DNA of 64,000 bases from an uncultured Methylomirabilota bacterium (lineage in GTDB: Bacteria > Methylomirabilota > Methylomirabilia > Methylomirabilales > 2-02-FULL-66-22), in the NCBI GenBank assembly GCA_963705305.1, contig OY970067.1:2784001-2848000 (forward strand), written 5' to 3'. Below, piece by piece: positions 19,448-28,498 of this stretch; the first letter of the stretch is position 1; each line of letters opens with the position of its first letter. Position numbers and translations under genes: made by a program. The notes beneath the pieces are model-generated. The model did not search any database. It was not told where the DNA came from and was given only the letters and a program-made list of their open reading frames with translations.

Positions 19448-20656
19448 CTAACGGGCACTTACGGGGATTGAGGCGTTTTCGGTTGCGCCGGGGTTGCTTT
19501 TGGTTGCGCCGAAACCGACCTCCGGATCGTCCAGCCGGTCCACGGCCTGGCGGTTCGCCCCGGGGATCCAGTGCCCATACAGGTCCACGGTCATCTTGAT
19601 GCTCGCGTGCCCGAGCTGCCGCTGCACGTAGGCCGGGCTTTCCCCCGCCATGAGCAGCAGGCTCGCGTAGGTGTGGCGAAATTGATGGGGCCCCCGGAGA
19701 CGGAGGCCCGCCAGGGTCAACAGGGGCGTCCACACCCGCCGGGTCCAGCCCTCGTAGTCCATCGGCTTGCCGTCCAGTCCCCCGAACACCCAAGGGCTGA
19801 GAGTCTTCCCGTCCACCGTGGCCTGGATCGTGCGGCTGTTCTGGTACTCCGCCAGGGTGGCCCGAAGCTGCTGGCTCATGTCCACACAGCGGCCCTTCCC
19901 GCTCTTCGGCGTGCTCATCCGCCTCTTCGAGTAACCCCGCCGTACCAGCAGGAACCCCCGGGCAAGGTCCACGTCTTCCCAGGCCAGGGCCGATGCCTCC
20001 CCGATCCGCATTCCTGTCCGAGCCAAGGTGAGCACGAGGGGGCGGCTCTCGGGAAAATGACCCTGACACGTTGTCAGCAAGTTACGAAGCTCCTCGGCCG
20101 TAAAGATATCAAGCTGGTCCTTCTGCGAAACTTGCCGGTTCGTGGCGAAGCGGCCAGTCCGGGCGGCCGGGTTGCTGGCCAGCAGGCCGTCATCGACCGC
20201 GGCGGCCAGGACCGCCTGGAAGGGGATCAGGAAGGAGTAGACGCTCCGGGGGTCCAATGCCTTGCCCTTGCTCCGGAGGTTCCCGCCCGCCAGCATGCCG
20301 GCGATCCACCCCTTGATGTCCCCTCGGGTGAGGGTCGGCAAGGGGCGATCCCCCAGGGTGGGGTAGACGTGGTGCTGGAGGGTCCGCTGGTAGTTGGCGA
20401 CGGTGGAGGGCTTGCAGTGGACTTTCGCGTAGACCGACAGCCAGCGGTCGGCATATTCCCGGAGGGTGAGGGGCTGTTCCTGTTGCTCCAGCGCGGAGAA
20501 ATCCCCCAGCGCCAGCTTGGCCGCGATCTTGCCCGCTGCGGTCTCTGCCGCCTTCTTCTTCTGGGGACCGACACCGATCCGCTTCGCCTTCCTCCGGCCC
20601 TGGTGGTGGACGAACACCCACCAGGCGCCGTCTTTCTCCCGGACCGTCACGCCCAT
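19448..20656 (-). CDS. int: Tyrosine recombinase/phage integrase
   Basis: TGMRIGE, TPKS, HQFRHTYAS and LGH...LYGH catalytic residues; N-terminal arm-binding and SAM-like domains. Confidence 0.95.
   Translation of the reverse strand: MGVTVREKDGAWWVFVHHQGRRKAKRIGVGPQKKKAAETAAGKIAAKLALGDFSALEQQEQPLTLREYADRWLSVYAKVHCKPSTVANYQRTLQHHVYPTLGDRPLPTLTRGDIKGWIAGMLAGGNLRSKGKALDPRSVYSFLIPFQAVLAAAVDDGLLASNPAARTGRFATNRQVSQKDQLDIFTAEELRNLLTTCQGHFPESRPLVLTLARTGMRIGEASALAWEDVDLARGFLLVRRGYSKRRMSTPKSGKGRCVDMSQQLRATLAEYQNSRTIQATVDGKTLSPWVFGGLDGKPMDYEGWTRRVWTPLLTLAGLRLRGPHQFRHTYASLLLMAGESPAYVQRQLGHASIKMTVDLYGHWIPGANRQAVDRLDDPEVGFGATKSNPGATENASIPVSAR
19480..19510 (+). repeat. Putative integrase arm-type sites (GGTTGC repeats)
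   Basis: CGGTTGCGCCGGGGTTGC matches 30605-30622 at 17/18; a third GGTTGCGCC at 19502. Confidence 0.6.
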
Positions 20657-20659
20657 GGC

Positions 20660-20842
20660 TTATTTCCCTCCCCTCCGGGCCAGGTATTCGTCGATGATCC
20701 GCTGCAGGAGCGCGTTGACGCTGGCCCGCCCGCGGGCCCCCTCGCGGTCTTGCTCCGCGGCGCGCCGGAGCTTTCGCCACGTCGCCTCGTCCACCACGAC
20801 GCTGAGTCGCACCATCCCCACCTCCTCCCGCGGCTTCCGCAT
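20660..20842 (-). CDS. Ribbon-helix-helix DNA-binding protein
   Basis: RLSVVVDEATWRKLRRAA...SVNALLQRIIDEYL; GGAGG RBS. Confidence 0.75.
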   Translation of the reverse strand: MRKPREEVGMVRLSVVVDEATWRKLRRAAEQDREGARGRASVNALLQRIIDEYLARRGGK

Positions 20843-20865
20843 ACAGACCTCCAATGTGAGAGTAA

Positions 20866-20902
20866 ACGTATATTAATATATACGTCTTTGCGCTCTTGTC
20901 AA
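20866..20902 (-). promoter_or_regulatory. Promoter (TTGACA-N16-TATATT) with an overlapping palindromic operator ACGTATAT-TAAT-ATATACGT
   Basis: Perfect 8-bp inverted repeat at 20866-20885 overlapping the -10 box upstream of RHH-int. Confidence 0.65.
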
Positions 20903-20918
20903 GAGAAATCGGCAGGGA

Positions 20919-21227
20919 CTACTTCCGCAGGCCCGAGACCACCTCATCGACGATCCGGTCAACGTCGGGGGTGTGCTTGAAGGCGTCCATCCAGCGGTCG
21001 AAGTCGGAGCGGCGGACCAGGATCTTGCCGCTGACGGTTCGGAGGCGGCCGGCGCCGGTCTGGATGACGTGGGGCTCCCGCATGCGGTAGTGAGGGAGAG
21101 GGCGCTCCGGGTCGGCCAGGTAGGCGCGGAGAGACCGGACCGACAGCCCGGAGTACTTGCTCAGCGCCTCCAGGCTGAGCCAGGGGTCCAAGTCTTGCGA
21201 GATGGTCACGCCCTCCACCAGTTTCAC
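20919..21227 (-). CDS. Excisionase/AlpA-like winged HTH protein
   Basis: WLSLEALSKYSGLSVRSLRAY...GKILVRRSDFDRWM. Confidence 0.8.
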   Translation of the reverse strand: MKLVEGVTISQDLDPWLSLEALSKYSGLSVRSLRAYLADPERPLPHYRMREPHVIQTGAGRLRTVSGKILVRRSDFDRWMDAFKHTPDVDRIVDEVVSGLRK

Positions 21228-21287
21228 GCCCTGCCTCGCGTCCTACGGGCCGCCCTGCCCCGATCTCCTTTGGAAGGCTACCTACCT

Positions 21288-21536
21288 CTAGCCGCTCGCT
21301 GCCGATCGCCCAAAATTCCCCGCGCCACGTCCGTCCTGCACGGGCTGGCGGGGACGTTCCGGGTCCGCTCCGTCCAGCCTCCGCGCCAGAGCCGCCCGCC
21401 GGCGCCACGCCTTCCCCCGGCGGATGCCCGCGGCAAACTCCCGGGCCGTCAGGAGGAGCACAGCGCCCTTGGGCAACCTGACCGGAATGAGGCCAGGGAG
21501 GCTTGATTTTGGTGCAAGCGCCGCTTTCTCGTTCAC
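21288..21536 (-). CDS. Small basic hypothetical protein
   Basis: ORF LIPVRLPKGAVLLLTAREFAAGIRRGKAWRRR, in operon orientation. Confidence 0.5.
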   Translation of the reverse strand: MNEKAALAPKSSLPGLIPVRLPKGAVLLLTAREFAAGIRRGKAWRRRAALARRLDGADPERPRQPVQDGRGAGNFGRSAASG

Positions 21537-21780
21537 AAGGGCCAAGACGCCTCTCCAGGGTGCCCCAGGTTCCACGATCTCCGCTCCGCCCGTATCCGCC
21601 CATGCACTACCCGCCGCCGCCTCCACCCGAAGAGTTTGGGATGGGGAGGATAGTGGTGAGTTGCCACTTGCTGCCGTCGTAAACAAACTCAAGATCTCCG
21701 AGCGTCCCCTAATCTCCGGCTAAGAAGTTGAGGGGGATCGCGAATCACGCAGCGGCCCGCAGTGCGCGCGGCCCGCGGGG

Positions 21781-21797
21781 TTGGCATCGGCCTTGCT
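21781..21797 (+). promoter_or_regulatory. sigma54-type -24/-12 motif TTGGCATCGGCCTTGCT inside the IS
   Basis: TGGCA...TTGCT with exact GG-N10-GC spacing, ~43 nt before the transposase ATG. Confidence 0.5.
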
Positions 21798-21839
21798 TGG
21801 TTTCACCCAGTGGGTGCAAACACCACAAGGAGGAGAGCG

Positions 21840-23213
21840 ATGCCCGACACCTCGCCCCGGTTGCCGTTCGAGATCGATGACGCGATCGACCCCACGCTGG
21901 TCACGGGCCGGGCCGGGGTCCCGCTCGTGATCGAGCTGTTCCGCCAGCTCGGGGTGGCCCAGGCCGTCGACACCCACGTTGCGGTCAAGCAGCGGCAGCG
22001 CGGATTACCCCCCTCGCAGCTCGTGGAGAGTCTCGTCGCGTTGTGGACGAGCGGCGGGGACCGCTGCCAGGACCTCACGACGCTCCGGGAGGATCAGGCC
22101 CTGGCCACGCTGCTCGGCTACCCCCTGCCGGCCGCGACCACGGTCCGGGACTTCCTCGAGGCCTTCCACGTGGAGGACGGGCCGCTCTGGGTGGCCGGGC
22201 CCGCGGCCACGGTCCCCCTGGAGTCCGCCCCCTTGGCGGGCCTCGGACAGGCGAACCGGACGCTGGTCGCGGGCGTCCAGCGCGGGGCCCGGGCGGCGAC
22301 GGCCACCCTGGATGTGGACGCGACGCTCGTCGAGAGCCACAAGGACGCGGCGACCGTGGCCTACGACGGGACCCGGGGCTACCAGCCCGTCGTGGTCCTC
22401 TGGGCCGAGCACGATGTCATCGTGCACGACCAGTTCCGCGATGGCCAGGTGCCCGCCGGGTGCGGCAACGTGCGCGTCCTCGAACAGGCGGTGGCCAACT
22501 TGCCCCAGGGCGTGGACCGCATCTCCCTGCGGGCCGACAGCGCCCTCTACGAGACGGAGGTCCTCCGCTGGTGCGAGGAGAAGAAAATCGCCTACGCGAT
22601 TAGCGCCGATATGTCCGCGCAGCTCCAGGCCGAGATCCGGCGCCTCCCCGCGGCCGCCTGGCAGCTCGAGCGGGAGGAGCCCGAGGCGATCCGGGCCTGG
22701 GCCGAAGTCCCCTACGTCCCCGAGGATGGCGATCACCGGAAGGCGCGGCCGTGCGTTCGCCGCTACCTCGCGGTGCGTATCCAGCGACGCCAGGGGAGCC
22801 TCTTCGCCGACGGGAGTAGCGTGCAGTACTTCGCCGTGGTCACCAATCGGCCGGAGGATGGGCTCACGATCCTCCGGTGGCACCGGGAGAAAGCAGGGAC
22901 CATCGAGCACACCCATCACGTCCTCAAGACCGAGCTGGCGGCCGCCGCGCTGCCCAGTGGGAAGTTCGGGGCGAACGCCGCCTGGTTCCGGCTGAACGTG
23001 CTCACCTACAACCTGCTCACCGCGCTCAAGCGGTTGACCTTACCCGGAGATCTCCGGACCGCCCGGCCGAAGCGTCTCCGGTTCCTGCTGTTCAACACCG
23101 TCGGGAAGGTCGTCGCGCATGCCCGACGGACGCTCTTGCGGCTCTCGGGCGCCCTGCAGCACGCCTTGCTCGTCCGGGCGCGGCGCAAGATCGCCCGGCT
23201 GGCCACCGCTTAG
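21840..23213 (+). CDS. tnp: IS1380-family DDE transposase
   Basis: LDVDAT, GYQP, LRADSALY, IEH..HVLK and FGANAAW motifs; AAGGAGG RBS. Confidence 0.93.
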   Translation: MPDTSPRLPFEIDDAIDPTLVTGRAGVPLVIELFRQLGVAQAVDTHVAVKQRQRGLPPSQLVESLVALWTSGGDRCQDLTTLREDQALATLLGYPLPAATTVRDFLEAFHVEDGPLWVAGPAATVPLESAPLAGLGQANRTLVAGVQRGARAATATLDVDATLVESHKDAATVAYDGTRGYQPVVVLWAEHDVIVHDQFRDGQVPAGCGNVRVLEQAVANLPQGVDRISLRADSALYETEVLRWCEEKKIAYAISADMSAQLQAEIRRLPAAAWQLEREEPEAIRAWAEVPYVPEDGDHRKARPCVRRYLAVRIQRRQGSLFADGSSVQYFAVVTNRPEDGLTILRWHREKAGTIEHTHHVLKTELAAAALPSGKFGANAAWFRLNVLTYNLLTALKRLTLPGDLRTARPKRLRFLLFNTVGKVVAHARRTLLRLSGALQHALLVRARRKIARLATA

Positions 23214-24090
23214 CCGGAGATTAGGGGCGTCCCGGTTGTGTTGTCGTTTATGACAAAGGTATGCGTTCCGAAATTGTACGCGGTGCCCCAATTCATGGTT
23301 ATGGCCGTTGATTCCGGGCAGGTCACAATGAACGTGATTCGGTGCCCGGTCGTCGTATCCGTTGGATTGCTTATCGCAAACGTTCCACCCCCAGTGAAGT
23401 TGAGTTCGAAGATGTCGTAATCCACCGAGTCAATCGTGATCGTCCCGGCAATGGTGGGCTTGGTGAAGTGCCCGGTAGTGCCGCCGGTCGGAATGGTGAT
23501 GTTCGCCGTCCCGTTGAAACTCACCCCGTTGATCGTCCGGGCGGTTTGGAGTGCGGTTGCCGTTGCGGCGTTTCCCGAGGTCGAGCTGGCGACCGTGGCC
23601 GCGGGCACGGTACCCGTCACCAGGGAGCCCGGGATCGACCCTGCCGAGAGCGTCCCCACCGATGTCAGCGAAGAGTTGACCACGGTCGGGGCCAGGGTCG
23701 TACCCGTGAGGGCGCCGGCGGGGACCGCGGCCAGGGCCACCCACGCGGTTCCGCTGTCAAGGTAGACCCCCGGCGTAGTGCCGTCCGTCACATTGACCAG
23801 CCGGCCGGCGATGCCGGGCGCGGGGCACTGATTCGCCCCGGCGCCGAGGGTGCAAGAGCGGAGGGGGTTGACCAGCTGGATCGTCCCGTTGATAAGGGCC
23901 TGAAAGTTGTCGTCCAGGTAGGACAGCGGCACAGTCCCGGTTAGTGAAGAAAAGGTGTGGGGGAAGGTCACCGCCGCGTGGGCTGGCAGCACCAGGGCGA
24001 AGAGGAAGAGAACAGCGAGGGCGAATCGTCGAAACATGGGGCCTCCTTTCGGGGCGTCAGTTTGTTTCATGGGGTCTCAATCCTGTGTGA

Positions 24091-24303
24091 CCGTTACGTT
24101 TCGTTACGGGCACGCTCACGCGAAGTTACGTTGTAGGTGTCACGGCGTTACGGGCACCAGCCGGGCCTTTCCCACTCGTTCTCACGGCTTCGCTTTCCGA
24201 AACACCCGAAACACCCCGTAACCCCTTTTCGGTAAAGTCCCTTATGAGAGAAATTCATTTAAAAGTTACCGAAAAGCCGTTACGTACTGTTACGGTGTTT
24301 CGG
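24091..24303. repeat. Putative replication origin: GTTACG iterons and an inverted repeat around an AT-rich core
   Basis: GTTACG at 24093, 24103, 24125, 24147, 24279, 24289; IR CTTTTCGGTAA/TTACCGAAAAG (24225-24276); immediately downstream of the primase gene. Confidence 0.7.
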
Positions 24304-26476
24304 AATCCGGCTCCATCCTCTCCGACAACAGTCGAATCCCTACCCGCACTTTTCGGCGCGTGACGCTGTGCCGCTTGTCTGGAAACCCGCGTTCATTGAG
24401 GGCTTCCCCGAACACCGTCTGCGTCTCCGGCCGTTCTTTACCCTGCTCGCACCAGGCGACATAGGCCCGGTATAGGTCCGTCGCCCCGGCCGTCTCCTCC
24501 TCGGCCGCCTCGCAACACTCCGCCAGAAACGCCCCGATGAGGTCCTGACTGGCCCGGTATTCCGCCGTCGCCTCGCGCACGGCCTCCGGCGTGCCCAGTC
24601 CGTCCCGTTGCCAAGCAAGACACCCGTCCACCGCCCACCGCAGGATGCCCGGGAATTCCGCCCGCAACTTCCCCAGCAAGTCCTTGTCCTGCTCCGCCTC
24701 CGGGATCTCCACCACGAACGGCACCAGCCGGACGCGCCGCCAGGTTGCATGATCGGTTCCCTGGATAGTCGGCTTGTGGTTCGTCGCCAGCCACAGCTTG
24801 AATTCGGGGGCAAACTCGAAGTATTCCCCGTAGAGGAATCGCGCGGCGATTTTGTCCCCGCCCGTGAGCTGCTTTACCAGGGCCTCGGCGAGTCGCCGCC
24901 CCCCGTCCGTCTCCACCGCCGCCACCAGCCGGGCCCCGCGGAGGCGCGCCAGGTCGTTATCAGCCGCCTCGCCCCGCTTGGCGAGCAAGGTCTTTGCCGG
25001 CGTCCAGGCCGCATAGTCCCCCAGGAGGTCAATCACGGTTCGGACCAGCGTGCTCTTTCCGTTCGCCCCGGGCCCATGGAGCAACGCCCACACTTGCTCG
25101 CTCGTGATGCCGGTCAGGCAGTAACCGAGCATCCGTTGCAGGAATCCGATGGTGGACACATCCCCGGCCAGAATCCGCTGGAGAAACGCCTCCCACGTCG
25201 GCGCGGTTGCCTCCGGGTCCCACGTCACGGGCGCCAGCTTGCTGATGAAATCCTCCGGCCGATGGTCCAGCAGCAGCCCCGTCCGAAGATCCAGCACTCC
25301 GCTCTCCACATTGAGCAACCACGGATCGCGGTCAAAGGCGCTTGGCGCAATCGGGGTGCCTTCCTCCGACTTCGCCAGGTTCACCATTGCCCGGAGTTTC
25401 GCGTCGGCCTCCATCTTGAGGGCGTGACTGCCGATCTCTTTCCGGGTGTCCTTGTCGGCACAGTCCGCGGCTTCGGCGTACACCGCCCGGCTGGTATCCT
25501 TCGCCCACCGCATGACTTGCCCGCTATCATCCTTGGCCCAGCGCCGGCCGTCCCACGTCAGGAAACAGCCCCATGCCTCGCACCAGCGGAACCGATCGCC
25601 GAACCGCGCCACCAGCCGGCGGGCGTTCCCCAGGTCGGTCAAGTGTTCCACCGTGAGACTGCCCCCGGCCGGTTCGGTGCGCGGCCGGTTCGGTTGCGTC
25701 ACGACATGGGCGGCCAGCTCCGAGACTTCCCCTTCCGACAAGGGCGGATCGCAACGCGCCGCATTCTCCGCCCGCAAGGCCGCCGTAATTGCCTCCCCAC
25801 TCAGCCCCTTGAGTACGAGACTTCGCCCCAAGCGATACAGCGTATCGTTTCGGGCGCCGGTCGGGATTGTGCCGTTGCTCCCCGCAGGGACAGCGGCAGC
25901 TGGCGCGGTCAGGAGGGCCAGCAACCGGGCAGGGAGTGGGGCGAGCGGGACTTGTTCGGGACTCACCAGCCATTCATACTGTCGGCCGGATCCGTGGACG
26001 CTCGGCGGCGCCACCACGTACCCTCCAGCGCCGCGCACATCCACCCCGGGCAGGATGCCTGCGCGGTTCTCGATTGGCCGGCTGCCATTGGTGGGATACG
26101 CAAAGTAGAAATGAAAGCCCTTGCCCGTGGTGGCTGTCCAGGTCTCGCCGTTCCACCCGAGCGTTTCCTTTGCCCTGGCGAGGTCGGCAAAGTCCACGTC
26201 GAAAACCACAACCCCGGACACGGGCCCGGTCGGAATGCCGATGTTTGCCTCCGGCCAGCGGGTCCACCATTCCTCCACCTCATCCATGTGCGGGGGTTCG
26301 GTCTGATAGGCTTTCCAGCTATCCAGTTTTGGCTTTTTCCGGCTCTCTATGTTGCCCGTCCACCGCAGGGGAATGACACATAGGCCCTTGCGCCGATACG
26401 CCAGCGCCGCCTCGCGGAGGCTGCTCTCGGTTGACGTTTTTCCTTGTGGTGTGCGGGTGTCGGATGGTAAAAACAT
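24290..26476 (-). CDS. Bifunctional primase-polymerase + PriCT + P4/D5-type SF3 helicase
   Basis: NIGIPTG, DVD, GFHFYF, DVRGAGGYVVAPPS; TDLGNARR; Walker A GPGANGKS; TGGDKIAARFLY. Confidence 0.93.
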   Translation of the reverse strand: MFLPSDTRTPQGKTSTESSLREAALAYRRKGLCVIPLRWTGNIESRKKPKLDSWKAYQTEPPHMDEVEEWWTRWPEANIGIPTGPVSGVVVFDVDFADLARAKETLGWNGETWTATTGKGFHFYFAYPTNGSRPIENRAGILPGVDVRGAGGYVVAPPSVHGSGRQYEWLVSPEQVPLAPLPARLLALLTAPAAAVPAGSNGTIPTGARNDTLYRLGRSLVLKGLSGEAITAALRAENAARCDPPLSEGEVSELAAHVVTQPNRPRTEPAGGSLTVEHLTDLGNARRLVARFGDRFRWCEAWGCFLTWDGRRWAKDDSGQVMRWAKDTSRAVYAEAADCADKDTRKEIGSHALKMEADAKLRAMVNLAKSEEGTPIAPSAFDRDPWLLNVESGVLDLRTGLLLDHRPEDFISKLAPVTWDPEATAPTWEAFLQRILAGDVSTIGFLQRMLGYCLTGITSEQVWALLHGPGANGKSTLVRTVIDLLGDYAAWTPAKTLLAKRGEAADNDLARLRGARLVAAVETDGGRRLAEALVKQLTGGDKIAARFLYGEYFEFAPEFKLWLATNHKPTIQGTDHATWRRVRLVPFVVEIPEAEQDKDLLGKLRAEFPGILRWAVDGCLAWQRDGLGTPEAVREATAEYRASQDLIGAFLAECCEAAEEETAGATDLYRAYVAWCEQGKERPETQTVFGEALNERGFPDKRHSVTRRKVRVGIRLLSERMEPDSETP

Positions 26477-26563
26477 CTCACATTCTCTTCTGCCCCTCGC
26501 TGCGTATGGCCGGCCAAGCCCGCGGCGGGGGGCAAACTGTTTGCGGTCACGCGGCCTGCCGCG

Positions 26564-26758
26564 TCAAGAGCGAAGTGCCTCCAGCGTCCCCGTGGAGACG
26601 GGCTCCCGATCTTGATGTCGGCCGCCGACCAGCCGCCGAAGTTCCTCCACGGCCGGGGAAATCTTGGCGAAGAGCAGGGCGGCCTGACGCTCTTCCCGGC
26701 CATCCAAGCCACAAAGTTGGACTTGAACCCTTTTCGGGGTTACGGTGATGAACACCAT
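26564..26758 (-). CDS. Small hypothetical protein
   Basis: GGGGGTGA RBS; lies between the sigma-like gene and the primase. Confidence 0.5.
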   Translation of the reverse strand: MVFITVTPKRVQVQLCGLDGREERQAALLFAKISPAVEELRRLVGGRHQDREPVSTGTLEALRS

Positions 26759-26824
26759 ATTCGATCACCCCCTATAAGGGGGAATCGCTGGGCGGAGGAA
26801 AAATGTAAAGGGCTGTCGTCTTTT

Positions 26825-27877
26825 TTAGGAAGGATCGGTCAGGGGGGAGAGTTTCGCGAGTTTGCTCAACTTGGAAAGATAATTGTGGATCGTCTGCCGG
26901 GTCGTCTTGTGCCGCTTGGCCACCTCTTCCCACGTCAGGCCAGTAGTGTAATAGTCCAGAATCGCGTTTTCCACCTGGACAGGGACCTGCGCCTTCTCGA
27001 TAAGGTGGGCAAGCGTGATTCGGTCCTCTGTCCCCAAAAGTTCATCAGGGGCAATAGGCGTGTACGCCTCGGGGCGATTTTCTGTCCCTTCCTCTGTTGC
27101 CTCGGGCTCGTCTATCACCTGTACTTTATCAGGGAATGAGAGCGGGTTACGCCGTTCATGCTTGAAGTTGTCTATCAAGTCACGTTTAACGCCGATTTTG
27201 AGGTCCCGCGCATCAAGGGCTGGGGCCAACCTGTCGGTAATCAAACGGACGATTTGCGGCCACACCCCGGAGATCTGCTTCTCCCACAACTCAGCCTCGC
27301 TCGCCGCAAGGGGAAGCGGAAAGGAAGGGTGCGGTCCCGCCTCAAGGGCTGTGGAATCGCTGGCGGGGGCCTTAAGGAATTCCAGTACTGTAGCGAAGGC
27401 CTCCTGGTGTCGGTCTTTCTCGTCCCATTCCAGGCAATCGGCGCTCGTGGGGGTAAAGGGCCTTACGCCCATCCACCTTGCCAGCCGCTTCAAATCATCC
27501 GTGTCCGGATCTATCCCCGCCAATTGGATGGCGAAGACAAGCCGCAGGGCCACAGGCTTCTTGTCGAGGCGGGCCCAGTACTCCTCCAAGAGTGACAGTT
27601 GGTGTTCTTGGCATGCGACCAATAGGGCGAAGAGGCGCGGCTCGTAGTAGAGGCGACAAAGCTCTTTGATCTTAACGGGGGTGAGGTCGCCCGACGCTTC
27701 CAGTAGTGCTTGCCACTCGGCTTGTGTCGTTGCCGGCCAGCGGCCGGAGCCACGGAAAAGCACCAGACCGACCGCGAACGTTTCAATGAGTCGCTGCCGG
27801 AATATCCGCTCGAGGAAATCCCGGCTGGAGTCTTGAGGAAACCCGCCAACATATGGACATGGGGGAATTTCTATCAT
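26825..27877 (-). CDS. Divergent ECF sigma-like protein with a C-terminal sigma region-4 HTH
   Basis: GLTWEEVAKRHKTTRQTIHNYL HTH; region-2-like DRHQEAF and RDLIDNFKHERR; GGAGG RBS. Confidence 0.6.
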   Translation of the reverse strand: MIEIPPCPYVGGFPQDSSRDFLERIFRQRLIETFAVGLVLFRGSGRWPATTQAEWQALLEASGDLTPVKIKELCRLYYEPRLFALLVACQEHQLSLLEEYWARLDKKPVALRLVFAIQLAGIDPDTDDLKRLARWMGVRPFTPTSADCLEWDEKDRHQEAFATVLEFLKAPASDSTALEAGPHPSFPLPLAASEAELWEKQISGVWPQIVRLITDRLAPALDARDLKIGVKRDLIDNFKHERRNPLSFPDKVQVIDEPEATEEGTENRPEAYTPIAPDELLGTEDRITLAHLIEKAQVPVQVENAILDYYTTGLTWEEVAKRHKTTRQTIHNYLSKLSKLAKLSPLTDPS

Positions 27878-27965
27878 ACGTTCCTCCCGCAGGAGTCCCG
27901 ATGGGATCCCCGGCCAGGCCGTCGGGAACGGCTTTTCGGGAGCGACCCTAGGCCGGGGGGCTCTT

Positions 27966-28475
27966 CTACCGATGGGCCAGCGCTGCCGGGGACAAGATAA
28001 CCTTCGCCGGCCGCCGCTCCCGTTTACGCTCGATCGAGCGGAGGGCGTCTCGAATCTGCCGCAGGTGCGGAGGGAGATCCTTCCCATTGCCCGGGACACT
28101 CCACACGCCGAAGATCAGCCGGATCAGGCGCTCGCTGGGAGGCCCAATCGGCTCTCCGCCGGTCTCCCACCGGGTCACGCTCTCGCGCCGGACCCCCATG
28201 AGTTCGGCCAATTCCTTAGTAGTCAGCCCCATCTGCTTCCTGAGAAACCGGCACTCAGAGCCCCGAAGAGGGAGAAGTTGCTGGGCTAACCAATCCGCGA
28301 TCCATTGGTGCAACCGGAGAGGGTTGGGAAATTCGGGGTACTCTGCGCCACACTTCCGGCACCGGTAGACGGTGATCCCTCTGAGCCACAGGTCGGGGAT
28401 CCCGCTCTCTGGGTAAGGGACTGTCTGGTTCCGTCGGGCTCGCATCCGCGTGCCGCACTCTGGGCACCGCATCAT
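27966..28475 (-). CDS. MqsA/YgiT-type zinc finger + Xre HTH antitoxin
   Basis: CPECG...CRKCG zinc finger and RFLRKQMGLTTKELAELMGV..ESVTRWETG HTH. Confidence 0.88.
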   Translation of the reverse strand: MMRCPECGTRMRARRNQTVPYPESGIPDLWLRGITVYRCRKCGAEYPEFPNPLRLHQWIADWLAQQLLPLRGSECRFLRKQMGLTTKELAELMGVRRESVTRWETGGEPIGPPSERLIRLIFGVWSVPGNGKDLPPHLRQIRDALRSIERKRERRPAKVILSPAALAHR

Positions 28476-28498
28476 GGCTTCTTCTCCTCCTGAATACC

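Larger units (their letters stand above)
21707..23226 (+). mobile_element. IS1380-family insertion sequence, intact copy (1520 bp)
   Basis: Perfect terminal IR CCCTAATCTCCGGCTAAG; 5-bp TSD GCGTC (21702-21706 / 23227-23231). Confidence 0.95.
21607..24037 (-). pseudogene. Signal-peptide-bearing tail-fibre-like protein (301 aa reconstructed) interrupted by IS1380
   Basis: Removing the IS and one TSD restores the frame ...NTTGTLGDLEFVYDGSKWQLTT...GGG*; contains GNAATATALQTARTINGVSFNGTANITI. Confidence 0.8.

Noticed and set aside
23210..24070. 286-aa ORF as a complete gene
   Set aside because: Its last residues (PLISG) come from the IS terminal repeat; the true C-terminus lies at 21607-21701
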